This document shows positions 17,616 through 27,500 of a stretch of 64,000 nt of DNA, piece by piece. The position numbers and the translations under genes are program-made. Under the pieces are notes generated by a model. The model worked only from the letters and a program-made list of their open reading frames with translations, was not told where the DNA came from and did no database searches. How positions within the stretch are numbered: position 1 is the stretch's first letter; every line of letters begins with the position of its first letter. Source of the stretch: an uncultured Thermus sp. (lineage in GTDB: Bacteria; Deinococcota; Deinococci; Deinococcales; Thermaceae); NCBI GenBank assembly GCA_947085095.1, contig CAMTVD010000016.1, positions 29,056 to 93,055 of the forward strand. The letters run 5' to 3'.

Positions 17616-17882
17616 ATGGTCAAGATCAGACTCTCTCGGTTCGGTTCCAAGCACAACCCCCATTACCGCATCGTGGTCACGGACGTTCGGCGGAAGCGGG
17701 ATGGGGCCTACATTGAGAAGATCGGCTACTACGACCCCCGCAAGACCACCCCGGACTGGCTCAAGGTGGACGTGGAGCGGGCCAAGTACTGGCTCTCCGT
17801 GGGAGCCCAGCCCACGGACACCGCCAGGAGGCTCCTCCGCCAGGCGGGGGTCTTCCGGCAGGAGGCCCAGGAAAAGGCCTGA
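17616..17882 (+). CDS. rpsP: 30S ribosomal protein S16
   Basis: [21 protein letters not shown]...GAQPTDTA. Confidence 0.98.
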   Translation: MVKIRLSRFGSKHNPHYRIVVTDVRRKRDGAYIEKIGYYDPRKTTPDWLKVDVERAKYWLSVGAQPTDTARRLLRQAGVFRQEAQEKA

Positions 17883-17896
17883 GAGCTCAGGCCCAG

Positions 17897-17921
17897 CGCC
17901 CGGGGCATTCCCGGGCGTTTT
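17897..17921 (+). terminator. Intrinsic terminator after rpsP
   Basis: CGCCCGGG-gcatt-CCCGGGCG followed by TTTT. Confidence 0.7.
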
Positions 17922-17938
17922 CCTTTACCATGGACCCT

Positions 17939-18157
17939 ATGAGGGACCTGGTGGAATACTTGGCCAAGAGCGTGGTGGACCACCCCGAGGCGGTCCGGGT
18001 CCAGGAAAAGCGGGGCCGGGAGGGACCCGTTTACCTGGTGGAGGTGGCCGCCGAGGACAAGGGCCGCCTCATCGGCAAAGGGGGGCGGGTCATAGAGGCC
18101 ATCCGCACCCTGGTGCGGGCCTACTCCAAGCGCAAGGTGGGGGTGGAGGTGCGCTGA
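17939..18157 (+). CDS. khpA: KH-domain RNA-binding protein KhpA/YlqC
   Basis: LVEYLAKSVVDHPE...DKGRLIGKGGRVIEAIR, in the conserved position between rpsP and rimM. Confidence 0.93.
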   Translation: MRDLVEYLAKSVVDHPEAVRVQEKRGREGPVYLVEVAAEDKGRLIGKGGRVIEAIRTLVRAYSKRKVGVEVR

Positions 18158-18175
18158 CCCTGGCATAATGGGGGT

Positions 18176-18664
18176 ATGCGTCTGGTGGAGATCGGCCGCT
18201 TGGGTGCGCCTTACGCCCTGCAAGGGGGGCTCAGGTTCCGGGGAGAGCCGGTGGTGGCCCACCTGAAGCGGGTCTACGTGGAGGGGCACGGATGGCGGGC
18301 GGTGGAGGACCTCTACCAGGTGGGCGAGGACCTGGTGGTGCACCTGGCCGGGGTTTCCAGCCGCGAGCTGGCCGAGGTCCTGGTGGGCCTTCGGGTCTAC
18401 GCGGACGTGGCCGACCTTCCCCCCTTGGAGGAGGGGCGGTACTACTACTTCGCCCTTATCGGTCTTCCCGTGTATGTGGAGGGGCGGAAGGTGGGCGAGG
18501 TGGCGGACATCCTGGACGCCGGGGCCCAGGACGTGCTGGTGATCCGGGGGGAGGGGGAGAGGCTGCGCGACCGGGCGGAGCGCCTGGTTCCCCTCCAGGC
18601 CCCCTACGTGCGGGTGGAGGAGGGGGGCATCCACGTGGAGCCCATTCCCGGCCTCTTTGACTAG
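18176..18664 (+). CDS. rimM: Ribosome maturation factor RimM
   Basis: IGRLGAPYALQG...LPPLEEGRYYYFALIGL...GAQDVL, plus synteny. Confidence 0.95.
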   Translation: MRLVEIGRLGAPYALQGGLRFRGEPVVAHLKRVYVEGHGWRAVEDLYQVGEDLVVHLAGVSSRELAEVLVGLRVYADVADLPPLEEGRYYYFALIGLPVYVEGRKVGEVADILDAGAQDVLVIRGEGERLRDRAERLVPLQAPYVRVEEGGIHVEPIPGLFD

Positions 18665-19384
18665 ATGCGCTACACCTTTATCACCCTTTTCCCCCAGCTC
18701 ATCCGGCCCTGGCTGGAGGAGTCCCTCATCGCCAAGGCCCAGGAGCGGGGGCTTTTGGAGGTGGGGGTGGTGGACCTCCGGGCCTTCGGCCTGGGGCGGC
18801 ACCGCACCGTGGACGATACCCCCTATGGCGGCGGGGCGGGGATGGTCATCCGGGCGGACGTGGCTGTGACGGCTATAGAGTCCGCTCTTCCCGCGGACGA
18901 GGTCATCCTCCTCTCCCCGGCGGGAAGGCCCTTTACCCAGGAGGTGGCCGAGGAGCTCGCCGCGAAGTCCCACCTGGTCCTCCTTTGCGGGCGGTACGAG
19001 GGGTTTGACTCCCGGGTGGAGGCCTTCGTGACCCGGACCCTCTCCCTCGGGGACTACGTCCTCATGGGCGGGGAGGTGGCGGCCCTGGCGGTTTTGGAGG
19101 CCACGGCCCGCCTGATCCCGGGGGTGATCGGGGACCCCGTGAGCCACAGGGAGGACTCCTTCGTGCGGGGCCTTCTGGACTACCCCCACTACACCAGGCC
19201 CCCTGAGTTCCGGGGGCTTGGGGTTCCGGAGGTGCTCCTTTCCGGGAACCACCAGGCGGTGGCCCGCTTTCGCCGCCAGGAGGCCCTGAAGCGCACCCTG
19301 GAGCTTAGGCCCGACCTCCTCTTGCGGGCCAGGATCGGGGCCCTCGAGGCCCGGTGGCTTGCGGAAATGGACCGGGAAGGCTAG
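18665..19384 (+). CDS. trmD: tRNA (guanine37-N1)-methyltransferase
   Basis: [38 protein letters not shown]. Confidence 0.98.
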   Translation: MRYTFITLFPQLIRPWLEESLIAKAQERGLLEVGVVDLRAFGLGRHRTVDDTPYGGGAGMVIRADVAVTAIESALPADEVILLSPAGRPFTQEVAEELAAKSHLVLLCGRYEGFDSRVEAFVTRTLSLGDYVLMGGEVAALAVLEATARLIPGVIGDPVSHREDSFVRGLLDYPHYTRPPEFRGLGVPEVLLSGNHQAVARFRRQEALKRTLELRPDLLLRARIGALEARWLAEMDREG

Positions 19385-19440
19385 ACTGGAGGCTGTTGCC
19401 CACGAACCCTTCAGGGTTCCTCTGGGACGGGAGGCTAAGG

Positions 19441-19881
19441 ATGAACCGAGGAGCGCTTCTGAAGGTGGTGGAATCCCGCTACGCCCGCACGGACCTGCCC
19501 GAGTTCCGCCCGGGGGACACGGTGCGGGTGGCCTACCGGGTGAAGGAAGGGGGCCGCACCCGCATCCAGAACTTTGAGGGCATCGTCATCAAGATCAAGC
19601 GGAACGGCTACAACTCCAGCTTCACCGTGCGCAAGGTGAGTTACGGGGTGGGGGTGGAGCGCATCTTCCCCTTCAACTCCCCCCTCATTGACAAGGTGGA
19701 GATCGTGCAGCGGGGCCGTGCCCGCCGGGCCAAGCTCTACTTCATCCGCGAGCTTTCCGAGCGGGAGATTCGCCGCAAGCTCCAGGCCGACCGGAAGCGG
19801 ATCGGCCAGGACCAGGAAAAGGCCAAGGCCGCCAAAGAGGCCCAGGCCGGGGCTGCCCCCTCGGGCGAGGTCCAGGAGTAG
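19441..19881 (+). CDS. rplS: 50S ribosomal protein L19
   Basis: FRPGDTVRV...RIQNFEG...[17 protein letters not shown]...[17 protein letters not shown] upstream. Confidence 0.98.
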   Translation: MNRGALLKVVESRYARTDLPEFRPGDTVRVAYRVKEGGRTRIQNFEGIVIKIKRNGYNSSFTVRKVSYGVGVERIFPFNSPLIDKVEIVQRGRARRAKLYFIRELSEREIRRKLQADRKRIGQDQEKAKAAKEAQAGAAPSGEVQE

Positions 19882-19895
19882 GCCGTTTTTTCCAT

Positions 19896-19921
19896 GGGGC
19901 GGGGCTTTCCCGCCCCCTTTT
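19896..19921 (+). terminator. Intrinsic terminator after rplS
   Basis: GGGGCGGG-gcttt-CCCGCCCC then cTTTT, between convergent genes. Confidence 0.75.
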
Positions 19922-20499
19922 CACTTGAGGAAGCCCAGGCTCCGGGCCCTTTCCAGGGCCTCCACCCGGTTTTTGGCCTCCAGCTTGGCGTAGAGGTTTT
20001 CCAGGTGGTCCTTGACGGTGTCGGGGGAAACGCCTATGGCGCGGGCCATCTCCTTTGCGGAAAGCCCTCGGGCCAGGAGCTTCAGCACCGCTTCCTCCCT
20101 GGGGGTGAGGCTGGGGAGGTCGGGGGGGAGGAGGCGCTCCTCGCCCGCGAGCACCCGGACGAGCCGCCTCTTGAGCTCAGGGGCGGATACCTCCTTGGAG
20201 AAGTAAGCGTCCGCCCCCGCCAAGGCCGCCTCCCGGAGGAGGGCGGGCTCCTGGTAGGTGGTGAGGAAGGCGATGAGCCCCTTGTAGCCTGCTTCCCTGA
20301 GCTTCCTGGTACAGGTCAGGCCGTCCATGCGGGGTAGGCGCAGGTCCAGCAGGACCGCTTCCGGGGTGAGGGCCAGGGTCTTGGCCAAGGCCTCCTCCCC
20401 ATCCCCCGCCTCCGCCACCACCGTGAGGCCCAGGGCCTCGAGGCCCGCCCTCAACCCCAGGCGGAAAAGGGGGTGGTCATCGGCGATGAGGACCCGCAT
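19921..20499 (-). CDS. NarL/LuxR-family response regulator
   Basis: REC domain (ADDHPL, LLDLRLP) and LuxR HTH (LTPREE...SPDTVKDH). Confidence 0.93.
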   Translation of the reverse strand: MRVLIADDHPLFRLGLRAGLEALGLTVVAEAGDGEEALAKTLALTPEAVLLDLRLPRMDGLTCTRKLREAGYKGLIAFLTTYQEPALLREAALAGADAYFSKEVSAPELKRRLVRVLAGEERLLPPDLPSLTPREEAVLKLLARGLSAKEMARAIGVSPDTVKDHLENLYAKLEAKNRVEALERARSLGFLK

Positions 20500-20556
20500 C
20501 GCCTTTTAGGTTACCCTCTTCCTGTGAAAAACCCGCAAGAGACCTATACTCAAGGC

Positions 20557-21417
20557 ATGCCCTTGACCTTGAACACCCTGGCTCAGCTCTCCGGCCTGGC
20601 CTCGGAGCACGTGCTGCGCGAGGAGGTGGAGGAGACGGGCGTGGCCCAGGAGACCATCCTGGAGAGGATGGCTGAGCGCCTGGCGGTCATGCGGGACTCC
20701 ATCCAAAGGGGCCTGGCCTCCGAGGCCCCCAGTGTGGCGGGCATGGTGGGAAAGAACGCCAAGACCCTGTGGGAAGCCCCCGATCCCCTAAAGGACCCTC
20801 TCCTCAAGCGGGTCCAGGCCTACGCCATGGCGGTGAACGAGGAGAACGCCCGCATGGGGCGCATCGTGGCCGCCCCCACCGCAGGGAGCGCGGGCACCCT
20901 GCCGGGGGCCCTCCTGGGCGTGGCCGACCACTTAGGGATTTCCGACGAGCGCCTCCTCATGCCCATGGTCCTGGCGGCGGGGGTGGCCAAGATGATCAGC
21001 CGGGTGATCCACATTGCCGGGGCCAGCGGGGGGTGCCAGGCGGAGATCGGCTCTAGCGCCGCCATGGCCGCCGCCGCGGTCACCGAACTTTTAGGGGGTA
21101 GCCCCGAGGCCTCGGCCCACGCCGCCGCCTTGGCCCTGCAGAACACCCTGGGCCTGGTCTGCGACCCCGTGGGAGGGTTTGTGGAGGTGCCTTGCGTGAT
21201 GCGCAACGGCTTCTACGCCGTCCACGCGGTGAGCGCCGCCTCCATGGCCCTGGCCGGAATCCGGAGCGTCATCCCCCCCGACGAGGTGGTCCTGGCCATG
21301 GCGGGCATCGGTCGCCTTTTGCCCCTGGAACTCAAGGAAACGGGTCTCGGGGGCCTGGCCGACACCCCCACGGGGCGGCGGTTGGCGGAGGAGGCCTTGA
21401 AGAGGGCTGGGCCCTAG
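20557..21417 (+). CDS. sdaAA: Fe-S L-serine dehydratase, alpha subunit
   Basis: [43 protein letters not shown]. Start lies 6 nt after TATACT. Confidence 0.93.
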   Translation: MPLTLNTLAQLSGLASEHVLREEVEETGVAQETILERMAERLAVMRDSIQRGLASEAPSVAGMVGKNAKTLWEAPDPLKDPLLKRVQAYAMAVNEENARMGRIVAAPTAGSAGTLPGALLGVADHLGISDERLLMPMVLAAGVAKMISRVIHIAGASGGCQAEIGSSAAMAAAAVTELLGGSPEASAHAAALALQNTLGLVCDPVGGFVEVPCVMRNGFYAVHAVSAASMALAGIRSVIPPDEVVLAMAGIGRLLPLELKETGLGGLADTPTGRRLAEEALKRAGP

Positions 21418-22274
21418 CCCTCCTCCCCCTTGGCGATGGGCACCCCCACCAGGTTGCCCCACTCCGTCCAGGAGCCGTCGTAGTTCTTCACCCGGGGGTA
21501 GCCCAGGAGGTACTTGAGCACGAACCAGGAGTGGCTGGAGCGCTCGGCGATGCGGCAGTAGACCACGATGTCCTTCTCCGGGGTCACCCCTAGGGACTCG
21601 TAAAGGACCCTAAGCTCCTCGGGGCTCTTGAAGGTGCCGTCCGGGTTCACTGCCCTGGCCCAGGGGATGTTCCGGGCCCCGGGGATATGACCCCCCCGAA
21701 GGGCTCCTTCCTGGGGGTAGCCCGGCATGTGGGTGAGCTCGCCCCGGTACTCCTCGGGGCTCCGCACGTCCACCAGGGCCCCCTTCCCCTCCTTGACCTT
21801 GAGGATGTGCTTCAGGACCTCGTCCCGGTAGGCGCGGATGGACTCGTCCCGGTAGGGGACCTGGTAGCGGCCAGGGGGGTAGGTGGGCACCTCGGTGGTC
21901 AGGGGACGGCCCTCCTCCACCCACTTCTGCCGCCCCCCGTTCATGAGGCGCACATCCCCGTGGCCGTTGTACTTGAGGAACCAGAAGGCGTAGGCGGCCC
22001 ACCAGTTGTTCTTATCCCCGTAGAGGACCACCGTGGTGTCGTTGGAGACGCCGAGCCTTTCCATGAGCCGGGCGAAGCCCTCCTCGTCCACGAAGTCCCG
22101 CACCACCGGGTCCCAGAAGTCCCGCTGCCAGTCAATCTTCTGGGCCCCGGGAATGTGGCCCGTCTCGTAGAGGAGGATGTCCTCGTCCACCTCCAGGATC
22201 CGCACCTTGGGGTCCTCCAGGTGCTCCGCTACCCAGGCCGTGCTCACCAGTACCTCTGGATGGGCGTAGCTCAT
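21414..22274 (-). CDS. Thiosulfate sulfurtransferase (tandem rhodanese)
   Basis: GHIPGA repeats, active-site [23 protein letters not shown] upstream of ATG 22274. Confidence 0.93.
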   Translation of the reverse strand: MSYAHPEVLVSTAWVAEHLEDPKVRILEVDEDILLYETGHIPGAQKIDWQRDFWDPVVRDFVDEEGFARLMERLGVSNDTTVVLYGDKNNWWAAYAFWFLKYNGHGDVRLMNGGRQKWVEEGRPLTTEVPTYPPGRYQVPYRDESIRAYRDEVLKHILKVKEGKGALVDVRSPEEYRGELTHMPGYPQEGALRGGHIPGARNIPWARAVNPDGTFKSPEELRVLYESLGVTPEKDIVVYCRIAERSSHSWFVLKYLLGYPRVKNYDGSWTEWGNLVGVPIAKGEEG

Positions 22275-22352
22275 GGTCCACACCTCCGGGCCCCAATATA
22301 CCCCTGAGTGTAAAGATGGCAAGGAAGCGCCGTCACATTTGGCAAGAGGTCC

Positions 22353-22381
22353 TTGTGTGGGAGGGGGGTTTCTGGTATAAA
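22353..22381 (+). promoter_or_regulatory. Putative promoter TTGTGT-N17-TATAAA (with extended TG)
   Basis: Lies immediately upstream of the riboswitch aptamer. Confidence 0.5.
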
Positions 22382-22382
22382 G

Positions 22383-22490
22383 GCTTCTGGGGAGTAGCCG
22401 CCCCGGAAGGGGGCCAGCCGGTCGTCACTACGGGAGTTTCCCCGGTCGGCTGGGGCGCCGAAGGGCGCATGGCGAGACCACCTGAACGGG
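22383..22490 (+). ncRNA. yybP-ykoY (Mn2+) riboswitch aptamer
   Basis: Signature segments GGGGAGUAGCC ... CGUCACUAC ... CCGG ... GGCGAGACC with intervening hairpins, in the 5' UTR of a membrane protein gene. Confidence 0.87.
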
Positions 22491-22532
22491 TGGCCTCGGA
22501 TTTGGCTTACTCCCGTAAGGAGGGAAGGGACG

Positions 22533-23216
22533 ATGGACTTGACTCTTTTGCTCATGATCGCGGTCTTCGTGGCTAGCCTCTTCATCCAGTGGGGGCTGCA
22601 GGCCACCTTCGCTCGCCACAGCCGGGTGGCCAACAGCCGGGGCCTTACCGGGGCTGAGGTGGCCCGGCTCATCCTGGATGCCCACGGGCTCCATGGAGTC
22701 CGGGTAGAGCCTGTGCCCGGGGCCCTTACCGACCACTACGACCCCCAGGCCAAGGCGGTGCGCCTCTCCGAGCCCAACTACGCCTCCCAGAGCCTCGCCG
22801 CCCTGGCAGTGGCCGCCCACGAGGTGGGGCATGCCGTCCAGGATGCCCAGGGCTACGCCTGGCTTCGGGTGCGGGCTAACCTCTGGCCCGTGGCCAGCAT
22901 AGGGAGCACCTGGGGGCCCATCCTGGTTCTCGCGGGCCTGTTCTTGGGGGCCCTGGGCCTGGCCAAGCTGGGCCTTTATCTGTACCTGGCGGTGGCCTTC
23001 TTCCAGCTCATCACCCTGCCCGTGGAGTTTGACGCCTCCAGGAGGGCCTTGGAGTACTTGAGGCGCATGGGCTTCCTCAGCGAGAGGGAGGTGGGCCCTG
23101 CCCGCCAGGTCCTAAAGTGGGCGGCCCTCACCTACGTGGCGGCCTTGGCCTCGTCCTTGGCCACCATCCTCTACTACGCCAGCCTCCTGGGGCTTTTCGG
23201 CAGGCGGGAGGAGTAG
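22533..23216 (+). CDS. YugP-like neutral zinc metallopeptidase (Zn_peptidase_2), membrane-associated
   Basis: LTDHYDP, VAAHEVGHAVQ, TLPVEFDAS.RA, AALTYVA. Confidence 0.9.
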   Translation: MDLTLLLMIAVFVASLFIQWGLQATFARHSRVANSRGLTGAEVARLILDAHGLHGVRVEPVPGALTDHYDPQAKAVRLSEPNYASQSLAALAVAAHEVGHAVQDAQGYAWLRVRANLWPVASIGSTWGPILVLAGLFLGALGLAKLGLYLYLAVAFFQLITLPVEFDASRRALEYLRRMGFLSEREVGPARQVLKWAALTYVAALASSLATILYYASLLGLFGRREE

Positions 23217-23465
23217 ATGCCCCTTCTCCTTTGTCCCAGCTGCGGGGCGGGCATGCGGGAGGTGGAGCGCCGGGGGGTGCTCTTGGACGTCTGCCCCCAG
23301 TGCGGTGGGGTGTGGCTGGACAAGGGGGAGCTGGAGAAGCTCCTCAGCCAGGCCCGGGAGGTGGAGCGCCATTACGAGGAGGAGCGCGAGGCCTACTACC
23401 GCAAGGAGGGGAAGCCTTACAAGAAAAAGAAGGGCTTCATGGACCTCTTTGACATCTTTGACTAG
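23217..23465 (+). CDS. zf-TFIIB-type zinc-ribbon protein
   Basis: CPSC...DVCPQCGGVWLDKGELEK, with C-terminal KKKKGFMDLFDIFD. Confidence 0.87.
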   Translation: MPLLLCPSCGAGMREVERRGVLLDVCPQCGGVWLDKGELEKLLSQAREVERHYEEEREAYYRKEGKPYKKKKGFMDLFDIFD

Positions 23466-23480
23466 GCCCAAGAAGGCGAA

Positions 23481-23515
23481 ACCGCCCCCAGGAAGACCCT
23501 GGGGGCGGTCCTTTT
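23481..23515. terminator. Intrinsic terminator between convergent genes
   Basis: ACCGCCCCCAGG-aagac-CCTGGGGGCGGT followed by ccTTTT. Confidence 0.8.
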
Positions 23516-23519
23516 GCCT

Positions 23520-24176
23520 CTACTCCGCCTTCTTGAGGCGCAGGTACCAGCGGCGGTACTCGGCGTACTCGCCCTTTTTGGCCTCGTCCGCCTTGAGCTC
23601 AGGTAGGGTGGCGGGGGGCTTCACGATGGCGGGCTCCCCGGGTTGCCAGTCGGCGGGGGTGTTGAGGCCGGTGCGGTCGGTGAACTGCAGGGCCCGGATG
23701 AAGCGGAGGATCTCGTCAATGTTGCGGCCGGTGGTCAAGGGGTAGTAGAGCATGCCCCGGAGGATGCCGTTGGGGTCAATGATGAAGACGGCGCGGACGG
23801 CGGCGGTCTCGCTGGCGGCGGGGTGGATCATGCCGTAGAGCTTGGAGACCTTCATGTCCAGGTCGGCGATGACGGGGAAGTCAATGGCGATCCCCGACAT
23901 CTCCTCCAGGTCCTTCACCCAGGCCAGGTGGGCGTGGATGGAGTCAATGGAGAGGCCGATGAGCTGGACCCCAAGCTCGTCAAACGCCTCCTTCCTCCGA
24001 GCGAAGGCTAGGAACTCGGTGGAGCAGACCGGGGTGAAGTCGGCGGGGTGGCTGAAAAGCACCACCCACTTGCCCTTGAAGTCGGAAAGCCGGATCTCCC
24101 CTAGGGTGGTCTTGGCGGTGAAGTCGGGGGCGGGTTCGTTAAGGCGGGGCAGGGTAGGGATTTCTTTTTCTTCCAT
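23520..24176 (-). CDS. Peroxiredoxin (Prx6/1-Cys type)
   Basis: FSHPADFTPVCSTE, YPLTTGRN, TPADWQPG. AGGAGG RBS before ATG 24176. Confidence 0.93.
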   Translation of the reverse strand: MEEKEIPTLPRLNEPAPDFTAKTTLGEIRLSDFKGKWVVLFSHPADFTPVCSTEFLAFARRKEAFDELGVQLIGLSIDSIHAHLAWVKDLEEMSGIAIDFPVIADLDMKVSKLYGMIHPAASETAAVRAVFIIDPNGILRGMLYYPLTTGRNIDEILRFIRALQFTDRTGLNTPADWQPGEPAIVKPPATLPELKADEAKKGEYAEYRRWYLRLKKAE

Positions 24177-24249
24177 AAGCACCTCCTGCTGGCCTGAGCC
24201 AGCGCGATTGCTATACCCCACGAGGGTTTGGTATCGCAAGCGATTCGCG

Positions 24250-24576
24250 TTAGCGGTTGTCCCCGGAGCCAGAGATCGCACCTCGCTCCAGGCGGGAGCG
24301 GAGTTTCCTCAGGTTGGCCTGGGCCACGGCCTCGAGGCCCACCCCCAGGTCGGTGGCCACCTGGGCCACGTACCAAAGCACATCCCCCAGCTCGGCCACC
24401 AGGGCCTCCTTGGCCTCCTCCGTCAGCTGCCCCCCCTGGTCGCGGAGCACCTTCTTGACCTTGTTGGCCAGCTCCCCCGCCTCCCCCACCAGGCCCAGGG
24501 TGGGGTAGAGGAGGCGGTAGGCCTCTGGGTAGCGGGCGGTCTTCTGCGCTTCTTTCTGGTAGGCTTCCAGCGTCAT
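24250..24576 (-). CDS. MazG-like nucleoside triphosphate pyrophosphohydrolase
   Basis: LGLVGEAGE...ELGDVLWY...NLRKL...GSGDNR. Confidence 0.9.
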   Translation of the reverse strand: MTLEAYQKEAQKTARYPEAYRLLYPTLGLVGEAGELANKVKKVLRDQGGQLTEEAKEALVAELGDVLWYVAQVATDLGVGLEAVAQANLRKLRSRLERGAISGSGDNR

Positions 24577-27500
24577 CCCGTGACCTCCTGGCGGATGCTG
24601 TACACCCGGCTTACCCCGCCCTCGCTGGTGACCCCGTAGAGGGCGTGGCAGGCCTCCATGGTGCGCTTCTGGTGGGTTACCAAAAGGAACTGCCTCCCCG
24701 AGCCCAGGAAGCGGACGAAGCGGAGGAGGTTGGCCTCGTCTAGGGCGGCGTCCACCTCGTCCAGGACCGCCAGGGGCAGCCCCCCCTGGAGCTCTCCTAA
24801 GGCGAAGAGGAAGGCCAGGGCCCCCAGGGTCTTCTCCCCCAGGGAGAGGAGGCGGAGGTCCTGGGTGCGCTTGCCCTGGGGGATGAGGAGGAGCCTGAGC
24901 CCTTTGGCCTCCCGCCTGGCCTCGGCCCTGGCCCCGAGGAGGAGCTGGGCGTGGGCGCGGAAGGCCTCCTGAAACGCGCCGAAGCCCTCCTTGAGCCTCT
25001 CCCCGTACTCCCGTTCCACGGCCTTGAGCTCGGCCTCGAGGCGCAGGAGGGCTTCCGTGGCCTCGGCCACTTCCCGCTCCTTAGCCTCTAGGAGGGGCTC
25101 CAGGGTGGCGAGTTCCCGTTCCGCCAGGGCGTTCACCGGGCCCAGGGCCTCCCGTTCCCGCTCCACCTGGGCCAGGCGGGCCTGGAGGGCCCGGGGGGTG
25201 CCCGGGTGGCGCTCCGTGGGGGGAAGCTGGGACAATTCCTGGGAAAGCTCCTCCAAAAGGGCTTCCTTGCGGGCCAGGCTGAGGCGGCTGGCTTCGCGTT
25301 CGGCCAAAAGGGCGTTCCAGCGGGCCAGGGTCTGGGCCAGGGCCTCGTCCTTTTCCCTCTTGTCCCGGGCCAGGGCCTCGAGGCGGGCCGTGAGCGCCTG
25401 GGCCTCCTCCTCCAGGGGGGCGAAGGCCTCCAGGCGATTCTTGAGTTCGCTAAGCCTGGCCCGAAGCCTCCTGGCCTCTTCCTGGGCCCTTTCCCAGGCC
25501 TCGAGGGCCTCCTTCAGGAGGCGAAAGCGCTCCCAGGCCTCCGCCTGGGCCAGGGTCTTTTCCAGCGCCTCCCTTTCCTCTTCCAGGGCCTTTAGGGGGG
25601 CCTCGTCCCAGGTCTCCTTGGGGGGTGCGGGGGCTTCTGGGGGCTGGGGCAGGGGGGCATGGAGGCGGGCCTTGAGGGCCGCCACCTGGGCCCTCAGGGC
25701 CTCGAGGGCCTCCCGCTGGGGCAGGGCCTTAACTTCCCGGGCTAGGGCCTCCCTTTCCCCCTCCAGGCGGGCGAGCTCCCCTTCCACCTCCTCCAGGCGG
25801 CGGCGGAGGAGGAGGGCCTCCCCTCCCTTGCGCACCCTGCCCCCGGTGAGGGCTCCCGAGCGCTCCAGGACCTCCCCCTCCAGGGTTACCAGCCGCTCCC
25901 TGCCTCCCGCCTTGCGGTAGGCCAGGGCGGCCTCCAGGTCCTGGAAGACCAGGGTGTCCCCCAGGAGGACCCGGAGGACGGCCTCCTGGGGAAGGCCCTC
26001 GAGGCGGAGCCGGGCCAGCCTATAGGCGGGGCCCAGGAGGCCCGGGAAGGGTCTTGGCGCGGGGGGCGGGGGAGGGTTGAGGAGGGTGAGGGGCAAAAAG
26101 GTGGCCCTCCCCCCTTCCCCCTTCAGCTTGGCGATGGCCCTCCTGGCGGCCTCCTCGTCCTGGGTCAAGACCCACTGGAGCCTGGGCCCCAGGGCCACCT
26201 CCAGGGCCAGCTCCAGCCCCGGCTCCGGGCGCACCAGGTCGGCCACCACCCCCAGGACCCCGGGCAGGCCCCGGACCCTCCGCGGGCCCTCCTGCAGGTC
26301 CGCCCCCGAGGCGAGGAGCCCATGGAGCCGCTCCCGCTCCTGGCGTAGCCCTTGGGCCTGGGCCTGGACCTCCCTGAGCTTCGTCTCCAGGGCTTGCCTG
26401 GTCCTCGCGCCCTCCTCCAGGGGGGCGAGGGCCCGGGTCTTCTGCAAAAGCTCCCCTTCCAGCCTTTCCCTTTCCCAAAGCGCCTCCTGGTAGGCCTTTA
26501 GGCGCTCCTGGTGGCGGGCCAGGGCCAGCTCGTACCGGTGCCAGGCCTCCTCCAGGCGGCGCTTTTCCGCCAGGAGCCAGGCCTCTTTCTCCTTCAAGGC
26601 CTTGAGGCGGAGGCGGGCCTCCTCCCGGCTCAGGGAGGGAGCGGGGGGCGGGGGGCCGGGCTCCTCGGGCCTCTGGCGGTCCAAGGCCCTCAGGACCCGG
26701 GAGAGCTCCCGCACCTCCCCTTCCAGGGCTTCCTTCTCCTTGAGGCCCAGGCGCACCGCCTGGAGGCGTTCCTTGAGGGCCTCGGCCTCTTCGCTGAGGG
26801 CCCCCCGGGCTCTCTCCAGGGACTGGCGCTGGGAGAGGAGGTTTTCTTCCTCGTCCCTAAGGGCTTTCAGGCGGAGCCCCAAGGCCTCCGCTTCCCTTTC
26901 CGCCTCCTCCTTGCGGGCCAGGAGGAGGCTTCGCCTCAGGGCCAGGGCCAGGGCGGCGAGCTCCTGGGCCTTCCTCGCCGCCAGGGCCTCTTCCTTCAGG
27001 ACTTTCACCCGCTCCCTTAGGCCGGAAAGCTCCTTCTCCCGGGCCGCCAAAAGCTCCAGGGCCTCCTCCAGCCTGGCCTCGGTGGCCCGGGCCGCCTCCG
27101 CCACGGGCTTGAGTCCAGCGGCCTCCTCCAGGTGGGAGAGGAGCACCTCCTCCGGGGCCTCGAGCAGGGCCCCTATCTCTCCCTGGCCCACGATGGCGTA
27201 CCCGCCCCGGCCCAGGCCCGTGCCCGCGAGGTGGAGGCTAAGGACCTTCTGGCTTGTGGGGCGGCCGTTCACCCGGAAGAGGCTCTTCTCCCCTTCTATG
27301 CGCCTTTCCACCAGAAGGCGCTCCCGCCCCCGGGAAAGCTCCAGGCGCACCTCGGCGAAGGCGGAGGGGGGCCTGCCCTCCCCCCCGTGAAAGAGGAAGG
27401 CCCGGAGTTCCTGGCCCCTGAGCTCATGGGCCCGGGCCCCGGTGACGAAGCGCAGAGCCTCCACCAGGTTGCTCTTGCCCGAGCCGTTGGGCCCGATGAT

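Noticed and set aside
22325..22360. CRP/SdrP-like half site (AAATGTGA on the - strand) upstream of the rhodanese gene
   Set aside because: Only a half site with no convincing second half; not enough to call.
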